This document shows positions 49,404 to 62,680 of a stretch of DNA of 64,000 nucleotides, piece after piece; the stretch's first letter is position 1, and each line of letters opens with the position of its first letter. Location of the stretch: NCBI RefSeq assembly GCF_006345805.1, contig NC_042998.1, positions 3,906,001 to 3,970,000 of the forward strand, given 5' to 3'. A model generated the notes under the pieces. That model was not told where the DNA came from. It worked only from the letters and a program-made list of their open reading frames with translations, and ran no database searches. The translations under genes were made by a program, and so were the position numbers. Origin of the DNA: Octopus sinensis (taxonomy: Eukaryota).

Positions 49404-50280
49404 TACGTGGTCTGCTTCCATAGTAACGAAACTAAATCACACAGTGCAAAGCTCTTTGGCACAAATTGACCTTGAACTCTGCTATCCATGCACAGTAAGT
49501 TTTAACGTCCTAGCTCACTTCAGCTGTTTACCGCAGTGCTTGGAAGGAACGCGTGTAGTGTGTGATCGTAACAATGACCATGACGGAGAAAGTTAAGCAG
49601 AGAATCTGAATCAAATTTTGCCAAAAGCTTGGCGATACCTGCTGAGAGGCCTACGCAAAGTTTCCAAAAATTATTCAACACTCTCGACTCAATCAAGGAG
49701 GTCTTGTGCAACTGAAACCCGAATATCTTTTTGGTCAGCTGAAAACAGTTTTGACCCAAAACTTGGCAGACACGCGTCTCATATCTAAATCTTCAGTGAT
49801 AATGGACTGGAGTGAAGGGTAACTAATTTGCACATCCTCTGATAACTCACGGATAGTGATTCGATGAATTTCCTTCACAGATGCACGCACATCTGCGATG
49901 CCATTCTCAGTTCTGTTGGTTGTGGGTCTCCAGAACGTTCGTCAGTATCGACATTATTTTGGACCTTCTGGAAACATCTGAACCCCTCGTACATTTGGGT
50001 GCGGCTTATACACTCCTCTCCATACACTTTCTGTAACTTTGCGTAGGCCACCGAGCAGGTACCACCATGACAACTTTCTCTGTCATGGTCAATGCAACAA
50101 TCACACGCTACGCACCTTCCTTCCAAGCACTGCTGTGAACAGCAGAAGTGAACTAGAACGTTAAAACTTAGTGCGCATGTACAAGTGTTCTAGGTCAATC
50201 TGTGCCAAATGGGTTTACTCTGCTTGCTTTAGCTTCGTTACTATGTCAACGGCCCTGATACTTACCGATCAAACCTCGTA
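49404..50280. mobile_element. Mariner derivative made of two 5' ends in inverted orientation
   Basis: MTMTEKV...IKFCQKLG on plus; KLQKVYGEECISRTQMYE...DERSG HTH on minus; TACGAGG-like termini. Confidence 0.8.
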
Positions 50281-50879
50281 TAAAGGTTAAGACCCACTTC
50301 GTTCACGAATGGCCACGGAATTGCACTTAGAAAGTTCCCCTCTGTGGCACAAGTTCGAGCAAGGTTAGTTGTGAAAGACCAACAGTTGCCCGTGCATACC
50401 AGTTTCCCCGTCTCCACGTCACCCTAGATTGTAACCAGTGACTTCGCAGTTCATTTCTACAGCCGAGTAAACAGGAGCAACGTGTAAAAGTGTTTTGCTC
50501 AAAAACACAGCACAGCCAGTCCGGGAATCGAACTCACAACTTCACTATTGTAAGCCCAACACTAACAACTGAACCACGCATCTTCACACATACACACACT
50601 CATTGTTGTCTGTTCCATTATTCCCGTATACCCTCGGGCATACAAGAAGTTAATTATGCTTTTGGCTATCTATATTTTCATTAACCACTATTTAGTGAGA
50701 TTTGAAGCCTTCTAAATCAAGTGGTCATAATGGTAACATTTTTTTTTCGGAAAGGTCAAATATGTTTGTTGTGATATTGATTCAATGTTTTCATTTCAGT
50801 CAGTTTGATAATGGCATTGACATGAAACGCTAAAAAACTTGCGCAACTGTACTTTCTCGACTAATAAAAGAACACCTAT

Positions 50880-50930
50880 CAATACATACATGCATAGTTA
50901 TGTATGTGCAAGTATATATATATACACACG

Positions 50931-50982
<52 letters not shown>

Positions 50983-51050
50983 CATACATATATACACACA
51001 TATATACACATACACACACACACACACATATATATATATCACACACACAC

Positions 51051-51081
<31 letters not shown>

Positions 51082-51088
51082 TATATAT

Positions 51089-51119
<31 letters not shown>

Positions 51120-52286
51120 CACACACACACACATATATACACACACACACACACACATACATATACACACACACACACACATACATATATACACACACAC
51201 ACACACATACATATACACACACACACCACACACATACATATACACACACACACACACATACATATATACACACACACACACACATACATATATACACACA
51301 CACACACATACATATATACACACACACACACACATACATATATACACACACACACACACATACATATATACACACACACACACATACATATATACACACA
51401 CACACACACACATATATACACACACACATATATACACACACACACACACACATACATATATACACACACACACACATATACACACACATACATATATACA
51501 CACACACACACATATATACACACACACACATATATACACACACATACATATATACACACACATACATATATACACACACACACACATACATATATACACA
51601 CACACATACATATATACACATACATATATATATACACACATACATATATATATACACACACACATACACACATACATATATATATACACACACACACATA
51701 CACACATACATATATATACACACACACACACATACACACATACATATATATACACACACACACATACACACATACATATATATACACACACACATATATA
51801 TATATACAGATATATATATCCACAGACATATATATATACACACACACACATATATATATACAGATATATATATCCACAGACATATATATATACACACACA
51901 CACACACACATAATATATATATACACACACACACACACATATATATATATACACACACACACACTACATATATACACACACACACACACATATATATACA
52001 CACACACACACACATACATATATACACACACACACACACACATATACACACATACATATACACCACACACACACACAACATATATACACACACACCACAC
52101 ACATACATATACCACACACACACATATACACACACATACATATATACAACACACACACACATACATATATACACACACACACACACATACATATATACAC
52201 ACACACACACACATACATATACACACACACAACACACACACATACATATATACACACACCACACACACACATACATACACACACAC

Positions 52287-52318
<32 letters not shown>

Positions 52319-52785
52319 ATATACACCACACACACACATACACACACACACATATATACACACACACACACATATATACACACACACACACATATATACA
52401 CACACCACATACATATATAACACACACACACACATATACACACACACATACACACACACACATACATATATACACACACACATACACACATACATATACA
52501 CACATACATATACACACATACATATATATACACACACATACATACACACACACACATATATATACACACACACACACATACACACATACATATATATACA
52601 CACACACACACATACACACATACATATATATACACACACACACATACACACATACATATATATACACACACACATATATATATATACAGATATATATATC
52701 CACAGACATATATATATACACACACACACATATATATATACAGATATATATATCCACAGACATATATATATACACACACACACAC

Positions 52786-52816
<31 letters not shown>

Positions 52817-52878
52817 AGCATGTGAGTGTATTCACACTACACACACATGTACGAATGTATATATCATTATACATATAT

Positions 52879-52910
<32 letters not shown>

Positions 52911-52990
52911 ATACATCACATGCATATATAGTCACACATTCGCGTGCAAACGCATGTATATATATATATGTATATTTATTTATTTGCACC
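50880..52990. repeat. About 2.1-kb compound (CA)n/(TA)n microsatellite
   Basis: Read directly; the 285-720 aa H/T/I/Y or C/V/Y ORFs are artefacts. Confidence 0.97.
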
Positions 52991-53651
52991 TAAAATTGTA
53001 ATCAAAATACTATGTTTACAATAATTTCAGAGAACTTTCCAAGAACAAAAGACACGCCGTGCTAGAAGGCATGGAAGTGAAATGACTCCACTAATATTTT
53101 CGGCTCTCCCAGCCAATTAAATGTTATTTAGTATATAATGATCACCATCAATATAAAGCCTTCTATTCGAGATATTTTGACTGTAGAAAACGTATAAACT
53201 CCAGTAAATACCAGTAAATAATTTAATCATTAAGCAGCAAGTATTGGTATTACTTTGTATCAAAACTAATAATTTTAGTGAAAATAAGTATAGGTGTGTT
53301 TGTTACCAATCAATGAATATTCCCGGCAGCCAAAGATCAGAAGTAAAAATTTTAGCTTTTTCCCCCCTTTTATGTTGGTTGCTTAATGAAAAGGAAACAA
53401 CCACTCGAGCGTTGTTGTGCAAAAGATAAATACCAGGTGATCGTAAACCTTCGATCCGATTTCGAATCTTGGTTGTCGTTCTTTATCTTCCACCACCTGT
53501 ATTTAGTATTTAACGCACTCCTTAAATATACTTGTCGGTAGCTTGCTTATTTATGTCTGTTAAAAACCAGCGTCGCGTGGTTTTGGTTAAAAGGAATGAT
53601 TCTGTATACTTATTTTGAGTGTAAGATCACGCTGGCGGCATGCGTTATAAA

Positions 53652-54041
53652 CTAGCAGTATCGCCCGACGTTGCTCGGGTTTGTTTCGACCCTTTAGAAT
53701 TGGAATTTTTGAAAAGTAAAAATTTTCCATTATGTAGCTTGTCATTCTCTTTAAGTGAACATTTTTCTGGTTGAAATACACCGAAAAATAGTGACACAGC
53801 AGTCAAAAAATCATAAGAAATAGGGATTTTCATACAAAAAAAGCACCTTTTTGATGTAAATAATTTTTGGTGTTAACAGGGTCCGATTTGAATTTTATTT
53901 TCTATGGAATGAAGAGAAAGCCTTCTTCTATCATGCTCTCAATTTTGGTCAACTTGTGCCGCAGGGTCTCGGAGGAGATAATGTTAAATGAAGGCTATCA
54001 AACCTGCCACACACAGACAACTTCAGCTTTATATATATAGA
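53652..54041 (-). mobile_element. Non-autonomous Helitron, second subfamily (390 bp)
   Basis: 5' TCTATATATATAAAG; 3' CCCGAGCAACGTCGGGCGATACTGCTAG; A/T site. Confidence 0.88.
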
Positions 54042-54092
54042 TAAGGCAAACTAGTGAAAGTTCAACCATTTTTTTTTTTGAAAACTGTGCAT

Positions 54093-54226
54093 AGGCGCAG
54101 GTGTGGCTGTGTGACAAGAAATTCGCTTCCCAATCACTTGGTTCCGTGTTCAGTCGCACTGTTATAGCCTTGGGCCGATCAAAACCTTGTGAGTGGATCT
54201 GGTAGACGGAACCTGAAAGAAGCCCG

Positions 54227-54288
<62 letters not shown>

Positions 54289-54500
54289 GTGTGTGTGAGT
54301 CTTTGTGTCTGTCCTCCATTACTGTTTGACAACCGGTGTTGGTGGGTTTTTTCCTCGTAACTTAGCAAGTCGGCAAAAGGGACCGATATAATAAATACTA
54401 GGTTTAAAACATATAAGCCCTGGGGTTGATTTGTTCAAATATAATCCCATCAAGGCGGTGCTCCAGCTTATCCGCAGTCAAATCACTGAAAGGTAAAAAA
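54093..54500 (+). mobile_element. SINE family A, diverged
   Basis: Head AGGCGCAGGTGTGGCTGTGTG, (AT)n, family A tail. Confidence 0.85.
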
Positions 54501-54529
54501 AAAAGATAAAAGATATAAATCCGCGTATT

Positions 54530-55035
54530 AAGTATGGAGCTCAGGTGTAATTTCAATAAAGAATAAAATAAGAATTTTTAACCCCAACGTAAAAGCGGTG
54601 TTATTGTATGGGGCTGAGACATGGCGAACAACAGTTAAGTCAAATAAGCAAATAGAATCATTCATCAACAGATGCTTGCGTAGTATACTTAAAATTAGAT
54701 GACCCAAACACATAAGCAATATGGAGCTATGGCAAAGAACAAATCAAGTTTCGATTAGGGAGCAAATATTTAAGAAAAAGTGGAAGTGGATTAGTAACAC
54801 AATTAGAAAAGACGCACCAAATGTAGCGAAAAGTGCTTTACGGTGGAATTCGGATGGATATAGAAAGAGGGGTAGGCCTAAGAACTTGTGGCGTAGATCA
54901 ACACAAAAGGAACTAGAGAAAGGGGGGCATTCATGGCAGAGTATAAGTACAGAAGCAAAAAATTATGCGACATGGAATTCAACTATAAGTGGCCTATACT
55001 CCGTGTTGGAGGGTTAAAGGCAGAAGAAGAAGAAT
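54530..55035 (+). mobile_element. RTE-clade LINE 3' fragment (different subfamily)
   Basis: VKAVLLYGAETW...FINRCLRSILKI...KWKWI...RKRGRPKNLWRR; (GAA)n tail. Confidence 0.88.
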
Positions 55036-55167
55036 TATCACAGATTCACTGGTTATCAGGATAATACGTAAGAATACATTAGTTGCGTTGGCTTAAGTAT
55101 TAGCTATCTGGAAGAGAAAAATGCAGACACAGTAATCGTTGCACATTGTTAAAGGTTGAAAAAAAAA

Positions 55168-55675
55168 TCTATATATATAAAACTCTAGTTGTGTGAGTGT
55201 CTGTCTCTTACGATTTAGATTCCTAACTCCTCCCACATTTTGCGGTGCAGTTTAACCAAAACCGGGTATCTTATAGTCGTGATTCATATCGAGCCCGTCT
55301 GGCTATTAGCGCGCGTCTACGATGAGTCTACGATTTTAAAAATAATTTAACATCATTTTTTTATTCCATTTTAATGCATAATTTTTCGTGTGTCGATGGC
55401 GGCGGAGTTGGCGTCCACGCTCAAACACCTGCACCTGTGTTTGCTTCTCCCCCTTCTTCCCTCCCTCGTGAAGCTGTGGGGAAGGGAGTGTAAGGAAATC
55501 AACGTCGTAAAGCGTTGTCAAGGAGACCAGCGTTCTTTTAGAACAACGACTTCATGGCTTGAAGACACCAAAACAGAAATGGCTAAGAAAGCCCGAATTG
55601 GCATCTATAAGGGAAGTAACTCTCTAAAAATGCTTATATAGTTATTTCCCTTACAAACCCGGGCGATACTGCTAG
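55168..55675 (+). mobile_element. Non-autonomous Helitron with internal extra segment and shortened 3' hairpin
   Basis: 5' TC, shared 5' block, 3' CCCGGGCGATACTGCTAG followed by T. Confidence 0.88.
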
Positions 55676-56423
55676 TGAATAATAAAATAAAAGAATCGCG
55701 ATGTCTTACTTGAAGGCCTTGCTGGAATCTGCCTTGCTCGAAGATAAGGAGGTGAATCGAAACATGAAAGCAGATGATGAAAAGGCAGCCAGAGTGAAAG
55801 AGATATTCGGATGTAGGATAGAAAATACACCATTGCGGGTTCAATTCGACGAATTACCATCAGTGATAACTTTTGAAGATATGTCGAATTTTCTGATATA
55901 TTAACAAAAAAAAAAGATACAGACCTTTTGAACGTCACATGTCAACACAATTTCTAGTTACCTAAACACTTTTAAACTTCGTATACTGCTAGAATGTGTT
56001 TATAAAACATTTTTTCTTGGCTTTATTGAGAAAATTCTATAGTTTGTATGATATTTCGTCTGAAATTTCGAGCATTTCGGCAATTTTAACCAATCGCTGA
56101 CCTCCATTTGGGGTGAAAACATTCTGTGCTGTATATGTCCCTCGTTTAAGAAACAGATTGGGTTTATTTACATTTGCGAAGAAAAAAAAAATATACCCTT
56201 CCCCCATCCCTAACCCTAAATCTGAAATAGATTGAAATGCAATAGACCGATACTAGGGCTATATTATGGGTGACAATTTCATACGACACCGCTACGGAAA
56301 ATGGGATTTTTTTCGACCTCGGCACAATTTAAGCTCAGAATTTAAAGAGCCGGAAGAAATGCTGCTCAACACTTCGTCTGGTGCAGTAACGATTCTACCT
56401 CTATTCAAGATTATTGGCCTTGT

Positions 56424-56900
56424 AAGGCGGCGAGCTAGCAGAAACGTTAGCGCGCAGGGCGAAATGCTTAGCGGTATTTCGTCTGCCATTACGTTCTGCG
56501 TTCAAATTCCGCCGTGGTCGACTTTGCCTTTCATCCTTTCGGGGTTGATAAATTAAGTACCAGTTACGCACTGGGGTCGATGTAATCGACTTAATCTGTT
56601 TGTCTGTCCTTGATTGTCCCCTCTATGTTTAGCCCCTTGTGGGCAATAAAGAAATAGGAAACTAAGAAAGGCGCTGAGCTGGCAGAATCGTTAGCGCGCA
56701 GGGCAAAATGCTTACCGTATTTCGTCTGCCTTTATGTTCTGAGTTCAAATTTCGCCGAGGTCAACTTTACCCTTAATCCTTTCGGGGTCGATAAATTAAG
56801 TACTAGTTACGCACTGGGGTAGATGTAATCGACTTAAACCCTTTGTCTGTCCTTGTTTGTCCCCCTCTATGTTTAGCCCCTTGTGGGCAATAAAGAAATA
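56424..56900 (+). mobile_element. Family B SINE dimer with 39-bp TSD, inserted into an older SINE
   Basis: TSD at 56385-56423 and 56901-56939, one mismatch. Confidence 0.9.
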
Positions 56901-57483
56901 AGTAACGATTCTACCTCTATTCAAGATTATTGGTCTTGTGCCAAAAGTTAGAAAGAATTTATGAGCAAATGTACAATGGTCGCTGTTGTAAGATTTTCAC
57001 AAAATACAATATTTTCTACCTCACAGTTATTCATTGAACTAAGACGATGATGTATAGCTTAATGTAAATTCACGACGTTCCGCTTTCGATTTCCTATACT
57101 GACGCTATTTACTTTTCCCCGTGTTGATTAATACCTTTGATAAAAGTTTATGTTGCATCTTCGATTTACTTATCTTGAAATCAGTGGTAAAATGGGATAG
57201 TTTCCTTTGCTAAAATGGTTTCCACTTTAGATAAATAACATACAATTAATCAGCTGGCCTCTAGGTGGCTAGTTGACTGGCTAGAAATAGCACCCATATC
57301 ACTCTGGAATTGTATCGTTAAATCATTCTTAAAAATGAAGGAACACATTGAAGAATGCAGTGTAGTCTTAGATGTATATATAAAAGACGGGATGGTCATG
57401 ACTGAATTGTCATTGAAGATATAACTGATTGATCAGGGTTAGTTTGCAGCTATCCAATGAGTTTTAACTCAATATTTATAGTC

Positions 57484-57590
57484 TGGAGGCGCAATGGCCC
57501 AGTGGTTAGGGCAGCGGACTCGCGTTCGGAGGATCGCGGTTTCGATTCCCAGACCGGGCGTTGTGTGTTTATTGAGCGAAAACACCATAC
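57484..57590 (+). mobile_element. tRNA-derived SINE, family C head (other copies 57900-58080 and 60062-60228)
   Basis: AGGCGCAATGGCCCAGTGGTTAGGGCAGCGG...GGTTTCGATTCCCAGACC (A/B boxes). Confidence 0.8.
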
Positions 57591-58640
57591 AACTAAAACA
57601 AACAAACAGAAAAAAAACCCAGAAAACAAGCCGACGATAGTGCCCGACAGCTAGAATTAGCAGCCAAATCCCACTGAAAACTCAGTCTAAAATCTTAAAA
57701 GTTGGACATATTGGGATAATGTAGCATCAGATAGCATCCCAGGTTAAAAGTAAGTTGGGATTGTCACAGTTAGAATTCTTCTGATCGTTGGATGGCTCCA
57801 TCAGTGCAGATTTATGACTAACTATCGCCACCAGCACATACACTAGTACCACCACTATCAACAACATGATACACAGTAACAGCTGTAACAGCAGCAGCAG
57901 GAGGCACAATGGCCCAGTGGTTAGGGTAGCGGACTTGCGGTCGTAAGAAAGCGGTTTCGATTCCCAGACTGGGCATTGTGAGTGTTTATTGAGCAAAAAC
58001 ACCTAAGCTCCACGAGTCTCCGGCGGATGGGGGTGAACCCCGCTGTAATCTTTCACCGCAACTTTCTCTCGCTCTTTCTTTCTACTTCAGCCAAAAAGCA
58101 GAGGAACCATGGTGTAACCCACTATGGTGTGGTAAACTTTCAGACCCTAGTCTAGATTGCGAATTCTCTGTACCCCAGGATGGTCCAGCTCTCTACCCGT
58201 TAAAAGCCACCGTTTATGGAATGAGGATAACAACGTAGCAAGAAGACAGCAGCAACATTTTTTTTAACAGAACATAAATATCTGATGTTTTAGTGGAATG
58301 GAAATGTGAAGTATGATATTGGTGTATTTGGTAGGTGATTAGTGGCATTATGTAAGCGAAATGGTTCCGTATGTGAATTAAACGCTCATTGTGGTCTCGA
58401 TTGCCAGTGAACTTACGCTAGTATTTATTTCTTTCAGCTTTCGTCTCAAACAAATTATTGATTTCTTTTGAAGATGTGTAAAGGCCAAATTTCGCAATGT
58501 TTAGTGTGTCTGTGGTTTAGTAGAAGCATTAATCTTATTGATAGTTATTTCAGAAACCACAAAAAAATGCTAGAGGTTGATATGACACAGAGGTGTTCGA
58601 TCTCGAAACAGCAAAACTGAAGCTAACTACTTAGCAATAT

Positions 58641-58885
58641 ATATATATTTTTTATTTCTTTATTGCCCACAAGGGGCTAAACACAGAGGGTACAAACAAG
58701 GACAGACAAACGGATTAAGTCGATTACATTGACCCCAGTGCGTAACTGGTACTTAATTTATCGACCCCGAAAGGATGGAACGCAAAGTCGACCTCGGCGG
58801 AATTTGAACTCAGAACGTAACGGCAGACGAAATACTGCTACGCATTTCGCCCGGCGTGCTAACGTTTCTGCCAGCTCGCCGCCTT
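58641..58885 (-). mobile_element. Full-length SINE family B with 16-bp TSD
   Basis: TSD CTACTTAGCAATATAT on both sides. Confidence 0.9.
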
Positions 58886-59029
58886 CTAGCTACTTAGCAA
58901 TATATTTCTTCCCAGTGAGATGCCTGTACCGACGCAATTTCGAACCACCTAGCGCTCTTTGCCTTTAGTTCATTCGATATTACGAATGTTTTACCGATCA
59001 AATCGCATATGTAAATGTATATATAAAAT

Positions 59030-59410
59030 GTGTACTCTTTACTCTCTTTTACTTGTTTCAGTCATTTGACTGCGGCCATGCTGGAGCACCACCTTTCGTC
59101 GAGCAAATCGACCCCAGGACTTATTTTTTGTAAGCCTAGTACTTATTCTACCAGTCTCTTTTGCCGAACCGCTAAGTTACGGGAACCAGCATCGGTTGTC
59201 AAGCGATGTTGTGGGTGGGGTTGGGGACTAACATATACACACATATATATACGTATACATATATACGACGGGCTTCTTTCAGTTTCCGCCTACCAAATCC
59301 ACTCACAAGGCTTTGGTCGACCCGAGGCTATAGTAGAAGAATAGTAGGACTGAACCCGGAACCATGTGGTTCGTAAGCAAGCTACTTACCACACAGCCAC
59401 TCCTGCGCCT
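59030..59410 (-). mobile_element. SINE family A
   Basis: Tail-to-head match. Confidence 0.9.
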
Positions 59411-60989
59411 AAAACTTTTCGTGTATATAATTTAATAAAGAAAATCCAACTGATGATATATAACTGGCAGATAGAGTTCGTTAAGTGTATGCTAAGAGCA
59501 GTTATAATGTTGAAAATCGTTTTAGAGCAAATCCCGAAATATCATCTTAAATAGAATTAATTCTATGAGTCCCATGATATGTCAAGTACATTTCTGAAAC
59601 TTGTCCCGTTAATGTGATCTACAAAATGCGTAAAAATAGAAAAATGGAAGGAATAATGGAGTAAATGCTGATTATTCAGATTTTACGAGAATTTACTAAA
59701 TGTAATAGTATAATTCTATACATAGTGTAAATGGCGGTTATTTTTTGATTCGTCAAATGTTAACTCGCAATACAATCTAGCATAAATATATTTCTATTTT
59801 GAGTGTCACAATGATGTAGCATTACTGTTCTGCAAGGAAACAGAAACAAACTGAACTGGAATACCTAAGCAGGTGCGCATGCAATGCTTATATGCGAGAG
59901 ATTTTCTTTTGGAACGGTTTAACTCGAAGCAAGTATTATAGTGTAAAATTATAAAAAAAAAAAGAAACAAATTATCCGATGGGGTTAAAAAAAACCCCCA
60001 TTAGATAGAAAACGCCGAAGGTAGCTTTCAGTTTCTATCTAATGAGTTTTTAACTCAATATTTATAGTGGTTAGGGCAGCGGACTCACGGTCGGAGGATC
60101 GCGGTTTCGATTCCCAGACTGGGCGTTGTGTTTATTGACCGGGCGTTGTGCGTTTTAAAGCTCCACGAGGCTCCGGCAGGGGGTGGGGGTGGCGACCCCT
60201 GTTGTACTCTTTCGCCCCAACTTTCCCTCAAAAAGCTCCGCAAGACTTGATCCTCACGTGTTCGGAGAAATCAGAAAATCCCAGGACAACCTCAGGAAAC
60301 TCCAAAACAACAATTTCAATAAAGAATCAAAACCGTCCACAAGATATCCCACTACTCCTTTCGGACCACGAAAATGAAGTTGATGGGGGAGGAACAGAAC
60401 TGGGAAATAGTTGCCCCCCCCCACTAAAGGGAAGAAAAGAAGACAAAAAACCGCACCCACTAGAAGAGACTGGTAGGTTTGATGGATAGAAACAGCAGCA
60501 ACAATAGCACATCACTCCTAACAACAGTTCCACTGACACAGCCAACAATAACAACATCACCATCACTATCTTTGCAACGACCACTAATGCTATTTAATTT
60601 ACACACACAGCAGTTAAACTACACCGCATCAAACAAACAAAAAAGCAGGAATTGTAAACTTCACAGCCGTTAACACAGAAAGCAAGACGTTAATGCAAGA
60701 CATTCAACATTACATGGACATTAACCAGAGCACTCTCGTTGCTCCAAGTGTCAACACTAACATACCACAGCACATAAAAATAAAAACAACTGAGAGCACT
60801 TATAACACATTAAAAAACAAATATCCTGACTTTGTAGGAGATTTCCAAAAGTCATGTAACAAAAGACTTTATAACGACTTGCTTGGGAGAACACCCACGT
60901 CCAGTGAGAGAGACTGAGAATGGACCACCACTCCTCTCCTCTCCAACAAGACCCCGCTAATTAGTTCTTGCCTACTTCCTTATTCTCCC

Positions 60990-61690
60990 AGTGTTTAACA
61001 TGACTGTGCTCGTCGCCTGGGGTCACCCAGGAAGCAAGGACACCTGCTCAATGACCTCAGGTCGTTACGTTTGGATGTGATAGCAGTCAGCGAAACCAGG
61101 GTTTCCGACTTACGCACCTTTGCTCCCATTTTTGACGATTTTGAGATTTATGCATCTCTTAGTCGGCCTGGAATAGGAGACGGGGTAACAGTGCTGCTCA
61201 GGAAAGGACTGGATCTCAAGGTACGAACAATCTTCCTGGAACCAGGGGATAAGTTGGTAGACCTGGACGTGAGCAGTAGTGAAGGTAGTGCTTTTAGACT
61301 GGTTGCTGCCTATGCCCCAAACGCGGGGGCAGGGCAGCCAGATTTCTTCAGACGCTTGGAGGTTTTCCTAAGGACGTCTCGCTCATTACTATTAGTGGGT
61401 GATTGTAACTATTTTGCATGCACGTCTGGGTGTAGCCGATAGTAGAGGTGGGTGTAAAAGCCTCGCAAACCTGCTCAGTTACTTCCAACTGGCTGACAGG
61501 TACAGACTGGATTTTCCGGATGCGCTAATGTGGACTTGGGCAGATCGCATAGGGTCATCACGGTCATATTTAAATAGGTTGTCCTGTGGGCCAATAGATA
61601 AGGATAGCATAAGATGTCCACAATTTGAAATTTTCGGCTACACAGACCACAAATTTGTGATCTGTACGGTTAATCTAGATAGGCTTCATA
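60990..61690 (+). mobile_element. L1/Tx1-clade LINE ORF2 APE endonuclease fragment
   Basis: DVIAVSET...GVTVLL...RLVAAYAPN...LLVGDCN...WTW...TDHKFV; frameshifted, no RT downstream. Confidence 0.82.
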
Positions 61691-62321
61691 GGCTTTTACA
61701 TTTCATGTCCTAATACATCTCCTGATGTGGCTGTGTAGTCCTATCTTGGACAAACACTCCCTCTGACAGGTGCCGCAAATGTAGCGAAGACTTTGCCTGG
61801 CTGGTTGTAATGTCATACTTTCTTGTTGACGTCTTTTCTTGTCTTTCCATTTCTCCTCTCTCCTTTGTGTTCCCTCTTTCACGGTACGTCGTCAATCTCC
61901 ACAGACCTAGTGCCCCTAGCAAGCTCACCGCTGTGATTTACTTGTACTGTAAATAGCCATTTTCCAAAGTTATAGTTTATAAAATAAATGATTTTTGCAA
62001 AGAAAAACGTGTTGCTCATTTTTTAATTTTTTTCTCTGGCAGTTTCTACAGGATTTTTCAGATATTCCCATACACATGCCATTTAAACTGATGCTCACAC
62101 ACTATCATTTTCAAAATAAATTTAATATTGTTCTTGTTTAGCAGTGGGCAGTCCTCATTGGGTGTAAATTGAAACAATATTACATTTTTATTTCTAAACG
62201 CTGGGTGGGTGTGGCTGAAATCAGAGCAATTCATATCAGAGATCTGGTGTAATGCTATAGACAACAAAGTGTGGCCAATGTCGAACTAATATAAATGTTT
62301 AATCATACATCAATTAGCCCA

Positions 62322-62570
62322 TTTGGTAGACGGAAACTGAAAGAAGCCCGTCGTATATATGTATGTGTGTGTGTGTCTGTTTGTCCCCCCCCCCGCCAAC
62401 ATCACTTGAAAACCGATGCTGGTGTGTTTACGTCCCCGTAATTTAGCGAGACCGATAGAATAAGTGCTAGGCTTGCAAAGAATAAGTCTTGGGGTTGATT
62501 TGCTCGACTAAAGACGGTGCTCCAGCATAGCCGCAGTCAAATGACTGAAACAAGTAAAAGAATAAAAGAA
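62322..62570 (+). mobile_element. 5'-truncated SINE family A
   Basis: TTTGGTAGACGGAAACTGAAAGAAGCCCGTCG to the family A tail. Confidence 0.85.
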
Positions 62571-62645
62571 TACTACACAAATTAATAAAATCAACATTTC
62601 AAAGAAGTGAAATTAAGAGGAGAAAGAAATGGAAATACACACACA

Positions 62646-62680
<35 letters not shown>

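Noticed and set aside
50830-53001. ORFs of 285-720 aa
   Set aside because: Translations of CA/TA dinucleotide repeats; stop-free by composition.
60230-60950. Possible LINE ORF1 upstream of the L1/Tx1 endonuclease
   Set aside because: Fragmented frames and no recognisable zinc-knuckle or RRM motif.
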